Of a stretch of DNA of 64,000 bases, positions 39,023 through 50,334 are shown piece by piece. Origin of the DNA: an uncultured delta proteobacterium (GTDB lineage Bacteria; Desulfobacterota; Binatia; UBA9968); assembly GCA_963745035.1 (NCBI GenBank), contig CAVUVW010000017.1, positions 323,501 through 387,500 on the forward strand, written 5' to 3'. How positions within the stretch are numbered: position 1 is the stretch's first letter; each line of letters starts with the position of its first letter. The notes beneath the pieces were generated by a model. That model made no database searches and had not been told where the DNA came from. It saw only the letters and a list, made by a program, of their open reading frames with translations. The position numbers and the translations under genes were made by a program.

Positions 39023-39037
39023 GCAACCGTCGTGCCA
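39023..39037 (-). promoter_or_regulatory. Sigma54 promoter upstream of the zinc-finger ORF
   Basis: TGGCACGACGGTTGC, full consensus, about 60 nt upstream of ATG 38963. Confidence 0.75.
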
Positions 39038-39242
39038 TCGGTGCGACGGTTGCCAAAACGTTCCATCGTGCAGGGATTGCGCGTGGCATGGCGCGCAACG
39101 ACGAAATGCTGTGAGCAATTTCCTTCCACACATGTTGCCTTTTCCTTCAGAGTAAAAATTTTTTCTCCGCCTTCGCGTCCAATCGCCGTCAACCGGCGCT
39201 GACGCTTGACCGAATACGCAACGATCGTTTACGCTAGGCGCC

Positions 39243-39858
39243 GTGAATGAAACCGGTGAAAAATCGGCGACCGAGATTCTCTACGTCGAAGACGATTCGG
39301 TGTCGGGCCGGCTCGTTCAGTCGATCCTCGAGCGTGAGGGCTATCGCATCCGTGTCGTTTCGAGCGGCCAGGAATTTTTGTAAATTCTCGCCGCGAGCAG
39401 GCCCGATCTGGTGCTCCTCGATCTCCACCTGCCCGACGCCTCGGGGCTCGATCTCCTGGCGAAGTCCCGCAATCGGTATCCCGATGTTCCGGCGATCATG
39501 GTGACGACGTCCAATTCGGTAACCGATGTGGTCGGCGCCCTTAAAGGCGGCGCGATCGACTACGTGACCAAACCGGTCGAGCACCAGCGACTGGTGGCAT
39601 CGGTGGGGAACGCGTTAAAGATGCTGCGCCAGCCGCAAGACCTCGCCAAGCTCCGCTCCGAGCTCAATGAAACCTATCGGCTCGAGCATATCATCGGCGA
39701 CACGTCGGCGATGGCGACTGTCCGCGAGCTGAATCCGCCGGGCGGCGCCGAGCGACGCCACGGTGCTGATCCTCGGCGAGAGTGGCACCGGCAAGGAGCT
39801 CGTCGCCCGGGCGCTGCATTACTCGAGTCCGCCCGCGGCTAAAACCACCACCGAATAA
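39243..39858 (+). pseudogene. Degraded sigma54-dependent response regulator
   Basis: REC start ILYVEDD with in-frame TAA at 39381; LLDLHLP...DYVTKP; frameshift; [18 protein letters not shown] and then truncation before GAFTGA. Confidence 0.8.
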
Positions 39859-40151
39859 TCTCTCTTTCGCCGGATGCGATCGGCTCCACCGCAACGATCC
39901 AAAGTCATGGCTCCGGATTCACCAAGTTCCCTTGCGATTGAACAAACACAAATCAGCGGCGCGGCTCTGACTCCTAGCCCACGAAAGTGAGAGAAGGTTG
40001 GGGGGCGTCAACCGCCGCAAGTAATGCTTCGGCGCAAACTGTCCAGGTTTGGCCTTTTTTGTTAAATAAACGCAATTTGTGGCCCGAATTTCTTCGCGCC
40101 TGTGACCGAGGTCTCGCAACGACTTCAATAAGTTAGGCAATTCTTACCAAA

Positions 40152-40166
40152 TGGCACATCGGTTGC
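40152..40166 (+). promoter_or_regulatory. Putative sigma54 promoter for the HK-NarL pair
   Basis: TGGCACATCGGTTGC about 75 nt upstream of ATG 40243. Confidence 0.7.
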
Positions 40167-40242
40167 CTTCCAATTCCTTAATTGTCCTTTGACCGGCTCG
40201 TGGCGGCTTTGACCTGCGACGGTGGGGGCTATTCTGAATGTT

Positions 40243-42910
40243 ATGAATCGCCTGATTCGACTGAGCCTGCGCGCTCGCTTGATGGCCCTGGTGCTGCTCG
40301 CGCTCCTGCCGGCTTTCGCGTTGATCATCTACAACGCCCTCACCGACTATCGCAAAGCCATCGAAGAGGCAAAAAACACCGCCCAACGACTGGCGCGGAT
40401 CGCCGCGCAACATCACGAGCAGATGATCGACGACGCCTATGAGCTTGTCACCTTGCTGACCCGTTTGCCGCTACTCATGCTCGGTCCCCAAGCCTGTCAA
40501 AATCTCATGACCAATCTGCCGGACCCTTATCCCGACTTTGCCAGCGTCGTGGTCCTCAATCAGCGCGGTACGGTGCTGTGCGCCACGCGCCCCAAGCAGT
40601 CGGGCATGAACTACAGCGACCGGCGCTGGTTTCAAGAAGTCGTCGGCAGCCGCAAGTTCATCGCCAGCGAGTCTCTGATCGGGCGCATGAACACCGAGCC
40701 GAACGTGGTCTTTGCCGCTCCGATGCTCGACGGCAACGGCGCTGTGCAGGCGGTCGTCGGCTTAGCGGTGAACCTCGATTGGGTCAATCGTCTCAGCGCG
40801 CGCACGCAGGTTCCCGCCGGCTCGACATTCACTCTGCTCGATGCCCGCGGCATCGTTTTGGCGCGCCAGCCGGAGGCGGAATGGATCGGCACATCGTATC
40901 CGCAGCCCGAGCTGGTGCGCGCGATCCTGCGCCAAAAGAGCGCAGGCACCATGGAAACCGTCCAGCCCGACGGCGCCGAGCATCTTTACGCCTTTCATCC
41001 CTTGGGCGGGGGCCAAGGGGAGCGCTCCTGGTATCTCGCGGTCGGCATTCCCAAAGCGGCGGCGTACCGGGAAATGCGCGCCATCATGGCGCAGAATTTA
41101 CTTTTTATGGGGCTGGTCGCCGTGCTGGTTTTGGCGACCGCTTGGTGGGGCAGCAAGGTGCTGGTCCTGCGGCCCATCCGCGCGCTCGCGGACACCAGCG
41201 CAAAGCTCGGCAAGGGCGATCTGACCGCGCGCACCGGCATGGGCCGGCGGCGCGATGAAATCGGCCGCCTCGCCGGCGCCTTCGATGATATGGCCGAGGC
41301 GATCCAAGCGCGCGAGAGCGATCGCAGAGGAGCCGAACAAATCCGCGCGCAGCTCGCCGCCATCGTCGAATCTTCGAGCGACGCCATTATCAGCCGCACT
41401 CTGGACGGCTTCGTGACCAGTTGGAACAAGGGCGCGGAGCGGCTCTTCGGCTACCGCGCGGACGAGATGATCGGCACCTCCATCCTGCGCCTGATTCCGG
41501 ACGGCGAGATGACCGCGGCCCTGGACAAATTTCGCGCGCATCAAAAAAGGCGAGCGCATCAATTCCTACGAGGCGGTGCGGCTGCACAAGAGCGGCGCGG
41601 CCATCGACGTCTCGGTGACAACTTCGCCGATCATCGACGAGCGCGGCGTGGTCATCGGCGCCTCGTCGATTACCCGCGACATCAGCGCGCGCAAGCGCGC
41701 GGAAAACGAGCTGCGCGCTCTGCACGATATCAACCTGGCGATCTCATCGACCCTCGACCGCCGGGCGGTTTTGCAAATGCTGCTGGAGAAGATCGAAGTG
41801 CTGCTGCCCTACGCCGCGAGCCACATTCGGTTATGGAGCGATGCCACCGGCAAGTTCGATCCGGTAGCGTGCAGCAATCTCGACGAAGAGCAGTGGAAAG
41901 CGGGCGATGCGAGCTCGCGCCACGCCGTGCTCCGAACCATCCTGCGTTCCAAACGCCCCCTGGTCATCGACGATTTGCAGACCGACGAGCGCATCGCACG
42001 CGGCTCCTTTTACCGGCGCCACGGCCTGGTCTCCTACCTGGGCATGCCGCTGATTGTGAAGAATCAGGCCATCGGCGTGCTTTCATTGCTGACCAAAGAA
42101 AAACATGACTTTACCGAGCGCGAAATCCGCTTTGTCGAAACCTTGGCAAAGCAAGCGAGCATCGCCATTTACAACTCCAAGCTCTACGAAGAGAGCCGCA
42201 AGCTGTTGGAGGATCTTGCCCTGAGCGAAAAGCAGATTCGCGCGCTGGCCAACGGCTTAATGCGGGCGCAAGACGAAGAGGCGCGGCGCATTGCCCACGT
42301 GCTGCACGACGAATCGGGCCAGTTCCTCGCGATGGTGTACATCTCGCTTGACGAGCTCGCCAAGTCGCTCTCAGCCGCCGACAAGGAGCGGGTGGAAAAA
42401 ATCAAAGGCCTGCTCGACGAGGTGGAAGAACGCCTGCGCGATCTCTCGCACGAGCTTTACCCCGCGATGCTCGACCATTTGGGCTTGGTGCCGAGCCTGG
42501 AATACCTGGCGAGTCAGATCGCCAAGCGCACCGGGATGCAGATCGCCGTCGAGGCCAACCTTCCGGAGCGCCTTTCGCCTCTGCTGGAATTGACCATTTA
42601 CCGCGTCGTGCAGGAAAGTTTCAACAACATCGTGCGACACGCCAACGCCGCCGCGGTTTCTCTGCGGCTTTTGCAAGACGATCATCTGATTCAGTGCGCC
42701 ATCCAGGATGACGGCGTCGGGTTTGATCCCGGCAAAAGTTTCGCCGCCGGCCGAAAACCCGCCCACGGATTGGGTCTCCCCGGCATGCGCGAGCGCGTCG
42801 AGGCGGCCGGCGGAAGCTTTGAGATCCTGTCTGCGCCCGGCGCGGGAACGAAACTGTTCCTGTCGATTCCCCGGGAGAAAATTCATGGCATACCGGATCC
42901 TGCTGGCTGA
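40243..42910 (+). CDS. Sensor histidine kinase (Cache-HAMP-PAS-GAF-HisKA_3-HATPase), frameshift near 41530
   Basis: TMs, [68 protein letters not shown]. Confidence 0.88.
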
Positions 42911-43517
42911 CGACCACGCTATCGTCCGCGACGGTTTAAAAAGCGTGCTGGTGCGCGAAGGCTTCGAGATCGCCGCCGAGGCGAGCGACGGCCGCGAGGC
43001 GGTGGAGTTGACCCGCAAGCTGCGCCCCGACGCGGTGGTAATGGACGTTTCGATGCCCTCGCTGAACGGCATCGACGCTGCGCGCGAAATTCACGGCGCC
43101 TGCCCGCAGACCAAGACGATTCTGTTGACGGTGCACAAACAAAGCCAGTTTATCTTGGAGGCGCTCCGCGCCGGCGTGAAAGGCTACGTGCTAAAAGCCC
43201 AGGCTTCCGGCGACTTGGTGCACGCCATCCGCGCCGCGTTGCAGGGCGGCACCTACCTCAGCCCCGGCATCTCCGACAGCGTAGTCCAGGCGGCGCTCAC
43301 CAAGGAAAAGGCCGAGCGCGACCCACTAACCCAGAGAGAGCGAGAAGTCTTGCAGCTCATCGCCGAGGGCAAGACCAATAAAGAAATCTCCGCCGCCCTG
43401 GCAATGAGCGTCAAAACCGTGGAATCACACCGGCGCAATCTGATGCTCAAGCTCGACATTCACGAGACCGCGAGCTTGGTCCGCCACGCGATTCGGATCG
43501 GCCTGATCCAGCCCTAA
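42885..43517 (+). CDS. NarL/LuxR-family response regulator
   Basis: [41 protein letters not shown]. Confidence 0.93.
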   Translation: MAYRILLADDHAIVRDGLKSVLVREGFEIAAEASDGREAVELTRKLRPDAVVMDVSMPSLNGIDAAREIHGACPQTKTILLTVHKQSQFILEALRAGVKGYVLKAQASGDLVHAIRAALQGGTYLSPGISDSVVQAALTKEKAERDPLTQREREVLQLIAEGKTNKEISAALAMSVKTVESHRRNLMLKLDIHETASLVRHAIRIGLIQP

Positions 43518-43520
43518 GCG

Positions 43521-44282
43521 GTGGGGGCAAGCGCGCCTCATCGCGCGCAGTTGGCGCATGGCCATGAGCTACGCACCCCGATCAACGTGATCATGGGCTA
43601 CACGTCTTTGCTCAAAGAAGGCGTTTTGGGCGAGGTGAGAGCGGCCCAGGAAGACGCCCTGGCGAAAATCGCCCGCGAGTCGAAAGATCTCTTGTCCATG
43701 ATCAATACGCTGCTGTACGCGAGCAGCATCGATACCGAGCCGGCGCTGCTGCACTGCCGGGAATTTCAGACGGAAAATCTCTTGACCGAGCTCAGGGCCA
43801 ATTACGCGGTCATGGTGCCGCCGCAAGTCACCATGGTTTGGCGCTATCCGGCAAGCCTGCCGCCGCTTTGCACCGATCGCAGAAAGCTCCGGCAGATTCT
43901 CGATAATTTGATCGGCAATGCGGTGAAGTTCACCGAGCGCGGCGCCGTGACCGTCAGCGCGCGCGCCGCAGGCGGCGAGGAGGCGAAATCACGGGTCGGC
44001 TTCGATCTTGACGGCGCCGACCCGTAGCAGCCGTGCATCGAGTTTGAAGTTTCCGAAACCGGGGTGGGTATGCCGGAGGATACGCTGACCAAAATTTTCA
44101 ACAAGTTTTACCATGTCGACAGCTCCGAGACGCGAAGCCACGGTGGCGTCGGCATAGGTCCGTACATCGCCAAGCGCTTTGCCCAATTGCTCGGCGGGCA
44201 AATCGTTGTCGAAAGCACCAAAGGCAAGGGATCGACTTTCCGCCTGACCATACCGCGCGCGCCGAAGACGGCTACGTCTTGA
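43521..44282 (+). pseudogene. Sensor-less histidine kinase remnant (HisKA-HATPase) with in-frame TAG at 44025
   Basis: HELRTPINVIMGY, NLIGNAVKFT; then DP*QPCIEFEVSETGVGM...GGVGIG continues in the same frame. Confidence 0.72.
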
Positions 44283-44422
44283 GCTCTCCGCCCAGTGAGC
44301 GGCCGCTTCGGATTAACAGTCGCAACTTGCCTTATCATTCGAGGCGTGCGATCCGGAAGGTTGCGCGCGCGGGGCAATCATTTTGAACTGGGGTTTGGGT
44401 CTCAGAGCAAACTGCGCTCGGT

Positions 44423-44821
44423 TCACACCACGGATGGCTGCAGGCAATCGGGGCCGGTGAGGATGCGCCGCACCGATGATAATAACTCCGCATGATCGAC
44501 CGGCTTTTGAAAAAATGCCTTGGCGCCCGCCTCGAGCGCGCGCTCGCGGTGCGACTCCTCGTCGCGGGCGGTGAAGACGATCACCGGAATTGAGGCGAGG
44601 TCGTCGATGTTGCCGAGCCTTTCCATCACCAGATAGCCGTCGCCGGCCGGCAAACCCAAGTCGAGCATGATCAGATCGGGCTTTTCGCTTTTCGCCTGGC
44701 TGATGGCAGTCACCGCGTCGCCCGCCGCCACTGTGAGATAGTCGTGCGCTCGAAAAAAAACCCGCAAGGCTCGCGATACATCCTCGTTGTCATCCACGAT
44801 TAGAATTTTTTTCTTGCTCAT
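44423..44821 (-). CDS. Single-domain response regulator
   Basis: ILIVDDN, MLDLGLP, FFQKP. Confidence 0.9.
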   Translation of the reverse strand: MSKKKILIVDDNEDVSRALRVFFRAHDYLTVAAGDAVTAISQAKSEKPDLIMLDLGLPAGDGYLVMERLGNIDDLASIPVIVFTARDEESHRERALEAGAKAFFQKPVDHAELLSSVRRILTGPDCLQPSVV

Positions 44822-44856
44822 GAGCGCCTCCGCCGGTCCATCGTGGACCCTTCCGC

Positions 44857-45261
44857 TCAGGAGTTTGGCGCCCCGATCAGGCGGTGTTCTTCTTCGCGCA
44901 GCTCGCGATAGATCGCCGCGATCAGGGCGTCGTTGTCGAAGGGTTTCTGAAAATAATCCTTGGCCCCCGCCATCAGCGCGGCGTCTCGATAGACGTCGGC
45001 CGGACGAGCGCTCACCACGATGATCGGCACCGTGGACACCGATTTGAGCTGGCTCACGATCTCCATTACGACAAAGCCGTTGCTGTCGGGCAAGCCCAGG
45101 TCCATCAGAATCAAATGGGGCTTGCGCGTGGCGGCCAACTGGATCGCCGACGCGGCATCGTGGGCGGAAATCGTCGTAAAGCCTTGCGCGATCAACCGCA
45201 CGCTCATCGCCAGCATCAAGTCCTTGTCGTCCTCCACGATCATGATAATTTTACTGTCCAT
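44857..45261 (-). CDS. Single-domain response regulator
   Basis: IMIVEDD, LMDLGLP, YFQKP. Confidence 0.9.
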   Translation of the reverse strand: MDSKIIMIVEDDKDLMLAMSVRLIAQGFTTISAHDAASAIQLAATRKPHLILMDLGLPDSNGFVVMEIVSQLKSVSTVPIIVVSARPADVYRDAALMAGAKDYFQKPFDNDALIAAIYRELREEEHRLIGAPNS

Positions 45262-45392
45262 AACTCTCCTTTCTCAATCCGCACACCGTTGTTTCGCTGC
45301 ACTCTCGAAGGCGGTCCTTCGACTCTCGAGATCGCTGCTTGCATCACCCCGCATGGTCGCGTCGCCGCGATGTAGGCGGCCGACGCTCGCGA

Positions 45393-47147
45393 TCAGGCAA
45401 CCGCCGCGTATGCGCGGCGTACCGAAGACTCGGTCCGGCCTCCGCCTTCATCCGGTCTGAGCTGCGATATCGCGCGGCAGATCTCCGCCTCGATCTGCGC
45501 GGCGAGCAAATCGACGTCGATTTTCCGCTCCGGCGACTGGAGCTCAATCGGCGACACCAAGGTCCGCACCTGGCACTTGGCATTGCGAAACTGCTTGGCG
45601 CGGGCGATTTCCTTCTTGATGCGTTCGGCGAGCTCGGCGCTCGACTCCAGGTCCTTCGCCTGCACAACATAGAACAGACCCCGTTCCCCTGTGAGCACGA
45701 TGTTGGGAAACAAAGCTGTGCGCTGCGGCAGCTCCATGCCGTTGAGCGTAAGCCAGGTCATCTCCTGAATCGCCTTCGCCACTTCCACGGGGGAGTGCGG
45801 ATCGTGCAGCAACTCGATGGAAATCAGCGACAGCGCGCTGATCGGTTGCCCCTCTTCGTCCAACAGCGATTGCAGCAGGCGCTGCAACGAGAAGATCGGC
45901 AGGATCACATGAAACGCGGCGCCCTCTCCCGGTTTGCCTTCGGCCCAGATTCGCCCGCCATGCCGGACCACCAGTTCTTTGGTGATATGGAGCCCCAGGC
46001 CGAGACCGTTGCGATTGCCGTCCAATGAGTTCTCCACCTGATAGAGGCGATTGAATATTCTTTCCGCGTCGCCGAGGCCGATGCCACAACCCGTGTCCAC
46101 CACCGAGACCCGGACGAAATCGCGGTCCTCGTCGAAGATGCCGGCACGCACGCTGACGCGGCCGTCCTTCGGCGTGAACTTGAGCGCATTGTCGATCAGA
46201 TTCGTAAAAACCTGTTTCAGCCGACGCGGGTCGACGTAGAGCAGCGGCAGGTCGCCGGGTAGATCCTGGTGGAGAACAACCCCCTTTTGCCGAGCGTCGG
46301 CCGAAAACGTGCCGAGGGTTTCTTCGACCGAGAGATTGAGCGATACGGCGCGCGGGTGAATCGCCAATTTTCCGCTTTCGGCGCGCGCCGCCTCCAGGAG
46401 ATCGCCGACCATGGCTTGCAGCTGCTTGACGTTGCGCAGCGCGATGCCGAGATATTCCTTCTGTTCCGGGGTAAGATTGCCGGCGAGCCCGTCGAGCACG
46501 ATCGTGACAAACTGATACACGGCGGTCAGAGGCGTGCGCAGCTCGTGCGACACGTTGGAGAAAAACTGGTCTTTGGTCAGGAGCTGTTGCCGGCGGCTCT
46601 GCTCCATTTCGGCAGTCTTTTTCTTTTCTCGTTTTACTTGATCCGCCAGATAGCCGTACACCAGAGACGCGCCGAGCAGCAGCGGAATTCGCAAGAGCGT
46701 GTCGGCGTCGAGCGCAAACTCTTTGCCGGTGGAGACCGGAATGAGGACGACCGAAAATATCGCGACGAGCAAGCACCCGACGATGATCTGGAGAAAATTT
46801 TCGCCGATTGCCGCGACCAGAACACCGAAGAAAAATATCAGAACGAGGTCCCACGGGCTCTGGCGGTTGACGACGATCGCCATGCAGATGAGAATCGTGT
46901 CGAGCGCCGCCATGATCGAGGGAAAGGAAGACCGCGTGAAAGCGGCTTCCGGCAGGCGCAGGAAAATCAGCATGGACGCCAGCGGCCCCGACAGCAGCAA
47001 AAGACTCACCGAGTCTTGCGCGAGATTGCCATCCTGCACCACCAGTAAATAGCAGCAAGCGATGACGACGAACCATTGGATCTGAATCAGATCGCGCTTG
47101 CGTTCGCTGCCCGCGGTCAGACCGATATGGATTTCGGAAACGTTCAT
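45393..47147 (-). CDS. Multi-TM membrane sensor histidine kinase with C-terminal extension
   Basis: About 6 hydrophobic segments, FSNVSHELRTPL, NLIDNALKFT, DTGCGI, GLGLGL. Probable start MNVSEI at 47147. Confidence 0.88.
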   Translation of the reverse strand: MNVSEIHIGLTAGSERKRDLIQIQWFVVIACCYLLVVQDGNLAQDSVSLLLLSGPLASMLIFLRLPEAAFTRSSFPSIMAALDTILICMAIVVNRQSPWDLVLIFFFGVLVAAIGENFLQIIVGCLLVAIFSVVLIPVSTGKEFALDADTLLRIPLLLGASLVYGYLADQVKREKKKTAEMEQSRRQQLLTKDQFFSNVSHELRTPLTAVYQFVTIVLDGLAGNLTPEQKEYLGIALRNVKQLQAMVGDLLEAARAESGKLAIHPRAVSLNLSVEETLGTFSADARQKGVVLHQDLPGDLPLLYVDPRRLKQVFTNLIDNALKFTPKDGRVSVRAGIFDEDRDFVRVSVVDTGCGIGLGDAERIFNRLYQVENSLDGNRNGLGLGLHITKELVVRHGGRIWAEGKPGEGAAFHVILPIFSLQRLLQSLLDEEGQPISALSLISIELLHDPHSPVEVAKAIQEMTWLTLNGMELPQRTALFPNIVLTGERGLFYVVQAKDLESSAELAERIKKEIARAKQFRNAKCQVRTLVSPIELQSPERKIDVDLLAAQIEAEICRAISQLRPDEGGGRTESSVRRAYAAVA

Positions 47148-47772
47148 GTCATGGATTTGTGCGGCGCCGAACAGGTAAAATCTGCGCCAAGCGCACGCTA
47201 CTGCATTGCAGCCGTCCGCACCGTCTCTTAAGGCAAGATTTAGACCACGTACCCGCACCCTTTGAGGTCTTCCCCAAGAGGCATTTTCATCCGAATTTTT
47301 AGGGACTTGCGCTCTATCGAAAGTAACATCACGAAGAAACTTTGCGAGATCCAAGAAAACGGATGCCGAAGATCGTCGTCCATAGGACAAATGCGAACAG
47401 CGACATAATGGATCGCGGAGTGGGCTTGCGAGGGCCAGCCTCCTGCCGACGCTTTCAGAGAATTGGTTCAGCTTAGGTTTCGCCGCCGGAGCTTTGCGGG
47501 ATCAGAAAGTAGAAAATGGCTTCATCGAACCACCGATCCATCAAGCTGAGAGACATTCACGTTCGGATAAGGGTTCCGAAAATTGCGCGCATGCCGTTGA
47601 GCAATTGCGGAAATTGTAAATCGCGCCGTCCATTTTGCGACTTCGCATTGTCTGAAACCGCCCGCGCGATTCACAAGACGCCGCAGTCCGAGGTGCTGAA
47701 TCAGCCGTTCCGATTCGCGCCCGCAGCTTTACCGCGCTGCGCCGACATGTTAGCTAATTGATTTTTGAGCGG

Positions 47773-47867
47773 GGAGAAGGAAGGTGCCCGGTGGTGCCGC
47801 TGGTCTTCAAAACCAGTCTGGGGGTCGTAAGGTCCCCGGAGGGTTCGACTCCCTCCCTTCTCCGCCA
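47773..47867 (+). tRNA. selC: tRNA-Sec (anticodon UCA)
   Basis: 8-bp acceptor GGAGAAGG/CCTTCTCC, 6-bp D stem, CTGGT-CTTCAAA-ACCAG anticodon arm (TCA at 47807-47809), long variable arm, GAGGG-TTCGACT-CCCTC T arm, GCCA end. Confidence 0.95.
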
Positions 47868-47908
47868 AAGTGATGTGAGATAAAAGCGGAGCAGTCCGCA
47901 ATTCACGA

Positions 47909-50210
47909 TCAAGGCACATTTCCAAGGACGTCAAAACCCAGGCCGCTTGATCCCTCACCGCGGCCGATCTGTTTGCGCCGCCCGATCCATAAATGCGTCG
48001 AGCCGTCGAACCAGCGGGTGTACTGGTAGTTGCGTGTGACACGAACGCCCTCGCGCGGAACTTCTTCCTCGAACAATTCCAGTTGCGCGACCGGGATCAG
48101 GGGTCAAAATACGTCCCATCGCGTGAACCGGCTCCGGCAAGCCGTCCGTTTTGAGGACCGCGCCGCGTTTTAGACGCAGCCCTTCTCCCACTCGCGCGGG
48201 CATCAGCGGAATCCAGTAATCGGGGATTTCCGTGGCAAGACGATAGTGCAGCGGTCCGGCGGCTGACGAGCTGTTTACCGCGGTTTCCGGCGCGCCACGC
48301 CGTTTCTTTTCCAGGTAAGCTTCGAATCGATTGAGCGATCCTTCCGCCGGGCTTTCAATCAAGCGTTCGACCGCCCAGGCCAGATTCGCCATCTCGTCGC
48401 GCAGGAACAGCACTTCTTCGATGGGCCGGCTTTCCAAACTCTTGAGCAGCGACGGCGGCAGGAAAAACAAATTCGCCGCCGGTTTAGTAAAGCCGCTCCC
48501 ACGCATATAGGAATGCTGGAACATGCGCCACGAGGAATGCGGCTCGCCCAACTCGCTTGAGGATTTGATTAGCGTACGCACACCGAACGTGTCGGTGATG
48601 ATTAACGAACGGGTTCGATAGACCGAGCCGATGTCCAATTCGATGGGCATCACAAACCAGTCGTTGCCGTAGTCCAGCGCAAATTCCACTAGCAGCATAC
48701 GCGCCAGATCAGTGGGTCCGGCGTCCACCGAACCGAGATCCACCTGAGCGTCTTCAAATTCCCAGAATCGCGCCGCGGGCATGCCGCGAAAGCTGACCGG
48801 AGCCGGAATCGCCGTGCGGGTAATTTCTGTCGCAGCATTGTCCGTCGCTGCGCCGAGCGTCACTTCAGGATTGGCATCGAAGGCGTACCAGTCCAGATGG
48901 CCATCAAAATATTCCTGCGCCGTCAATATACACTCGCCATCGCTGAGCCGGGTCGCCACGGAAAACGCATACTCCATACGTTCCGGCGACCACGACGGAT
49001 CAGTGGTTTCCGGCTCGCTGAAAGCCGTCTCGAACCATTGCAGCCAAAGCCGCGCGGCCTTCTCGACTTCCGCCAAATCGGCCGAGGCAATTTGCAAATC
49101 GGCGGCGATCACAATTGCGCCGGCGCCGGCCGAGCGGAAGGCGCCATAGAGCCGCCGACCGTCGGGGACACGCGCCGCCATTAAATCAAAAAAACTCAGA
49201 CTCTCACGGTCGAGTGCGGCGCGTTGCTCGATCGTCAATGCCGGAAACGGATATTGGCGAATGAAGGCGTCGCGGTAATCAAGCGACAGCGGCTGCAGTT
49301 CGAGCAAGCGCAAGAATTGCTGGCCGGCTTCCGCGGCCAGTCGAAGTTTTTCCGGCTTCGTCATGGGATCGGTTGCCGAACGAACGGTTTCCCGCTCGAC
49401 CAAGGTTTCCAGCGGCATGCTGTGGTTATAACTTGGCGCATCGACTCTGGTGTTTGGCGTCATCGCGCCCGAATGATAACGGGTCAGCGGCGCCGCTTCC
49501 GCGCGCCAGCGGGCGATCACGGGCGAGCCGTTGTCTCCGCCCTGAAACTCTCCCAGCTGCCATTGCCGCGCCAGCAGCCAGAGCGGATCGTAGATTCTCG
49601 CCTGCAGACTGGTATTCATTTCGGCATCGCGGCTGCGCGGCTCCAGCCGCATCCAGCTGGTGATCGATGGCACGGCTTCTTCACCAACGACAATAGACGA
49701 GGCCCGATCATTCCAATCCATCCTGATAGCCGGAGTGTCCCCCCTAATATCGATGAACGCTCCTTGAAAATTGGCATGCTCATACAGCCTGAGCATCATA
49801 CCCGTAGGGATTAACGCAGAGCTTAAGGTTTCATTGCCAATTGTGATCTGCGCGGTATCGTAGTTCCCTTTTTGCAAGATCTGAGATAGGCCGCCGTAAT
49901 TGGCATGCTCAAAGATCATAACTTCTCTTGTAATGGGCGGCGGTTCAGCTGCGTCATAAACGATAATTGAGCTGGTTCGGTCATTCCAGAACTGACTTAT
50001 GATCGGGGTATCCTCCGCGATATCGATGAAACGCCCCTGGAAGTGATAGTGCTCATACAATCTGGCCACTAGTCCTTGAGGCACCTGGAGGGAGCTAACT
50101 ATATCGTTACCGAAAGACAGCTGATGGGCTGCGTCGTCGTACCGCCCCTTAGGTAGAACCTGAGACTGCCCTTGAAAATTTGCATGCTCGTAGATTGTTA
50201 CGTCGGCCAT
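47909..50210 (-). CDS. Hypothetical protein with two N-terminal beta/gamma-crystallin domains (frameshift near 48090)
   Basis: AAGGAGG RBS before MADVTIYEHANFQG; four Greek-key repeats; body begins WMRLEPR...DPLWLLARQWQLGEF. Probable true C-terminus in the shifted frame: LFEEEVPREGVRV...GRGEGSSGLGFD...VP*. Confidence 0.8.
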
Positions 50211-50334
50211 GGTTAGCCTCCTTTGGTAGACCCGTGATTCGTTTGTTGTAACGCACCAAAGGTGTTGTTCATCGCACCATCGCGCCTGCGCGGCTCCAGC
50301 CCCATCCAACTGGTTATCGATGGCATAATTTCCT

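Noticed and set aside
44025-44027. In-frame TAG as possible pyrrolysine or readthrough
   Set aside because: No pyl genes in the window, the ORF lacks its sensor region and the G-box is degenerate; pseudogenisation is simpler.
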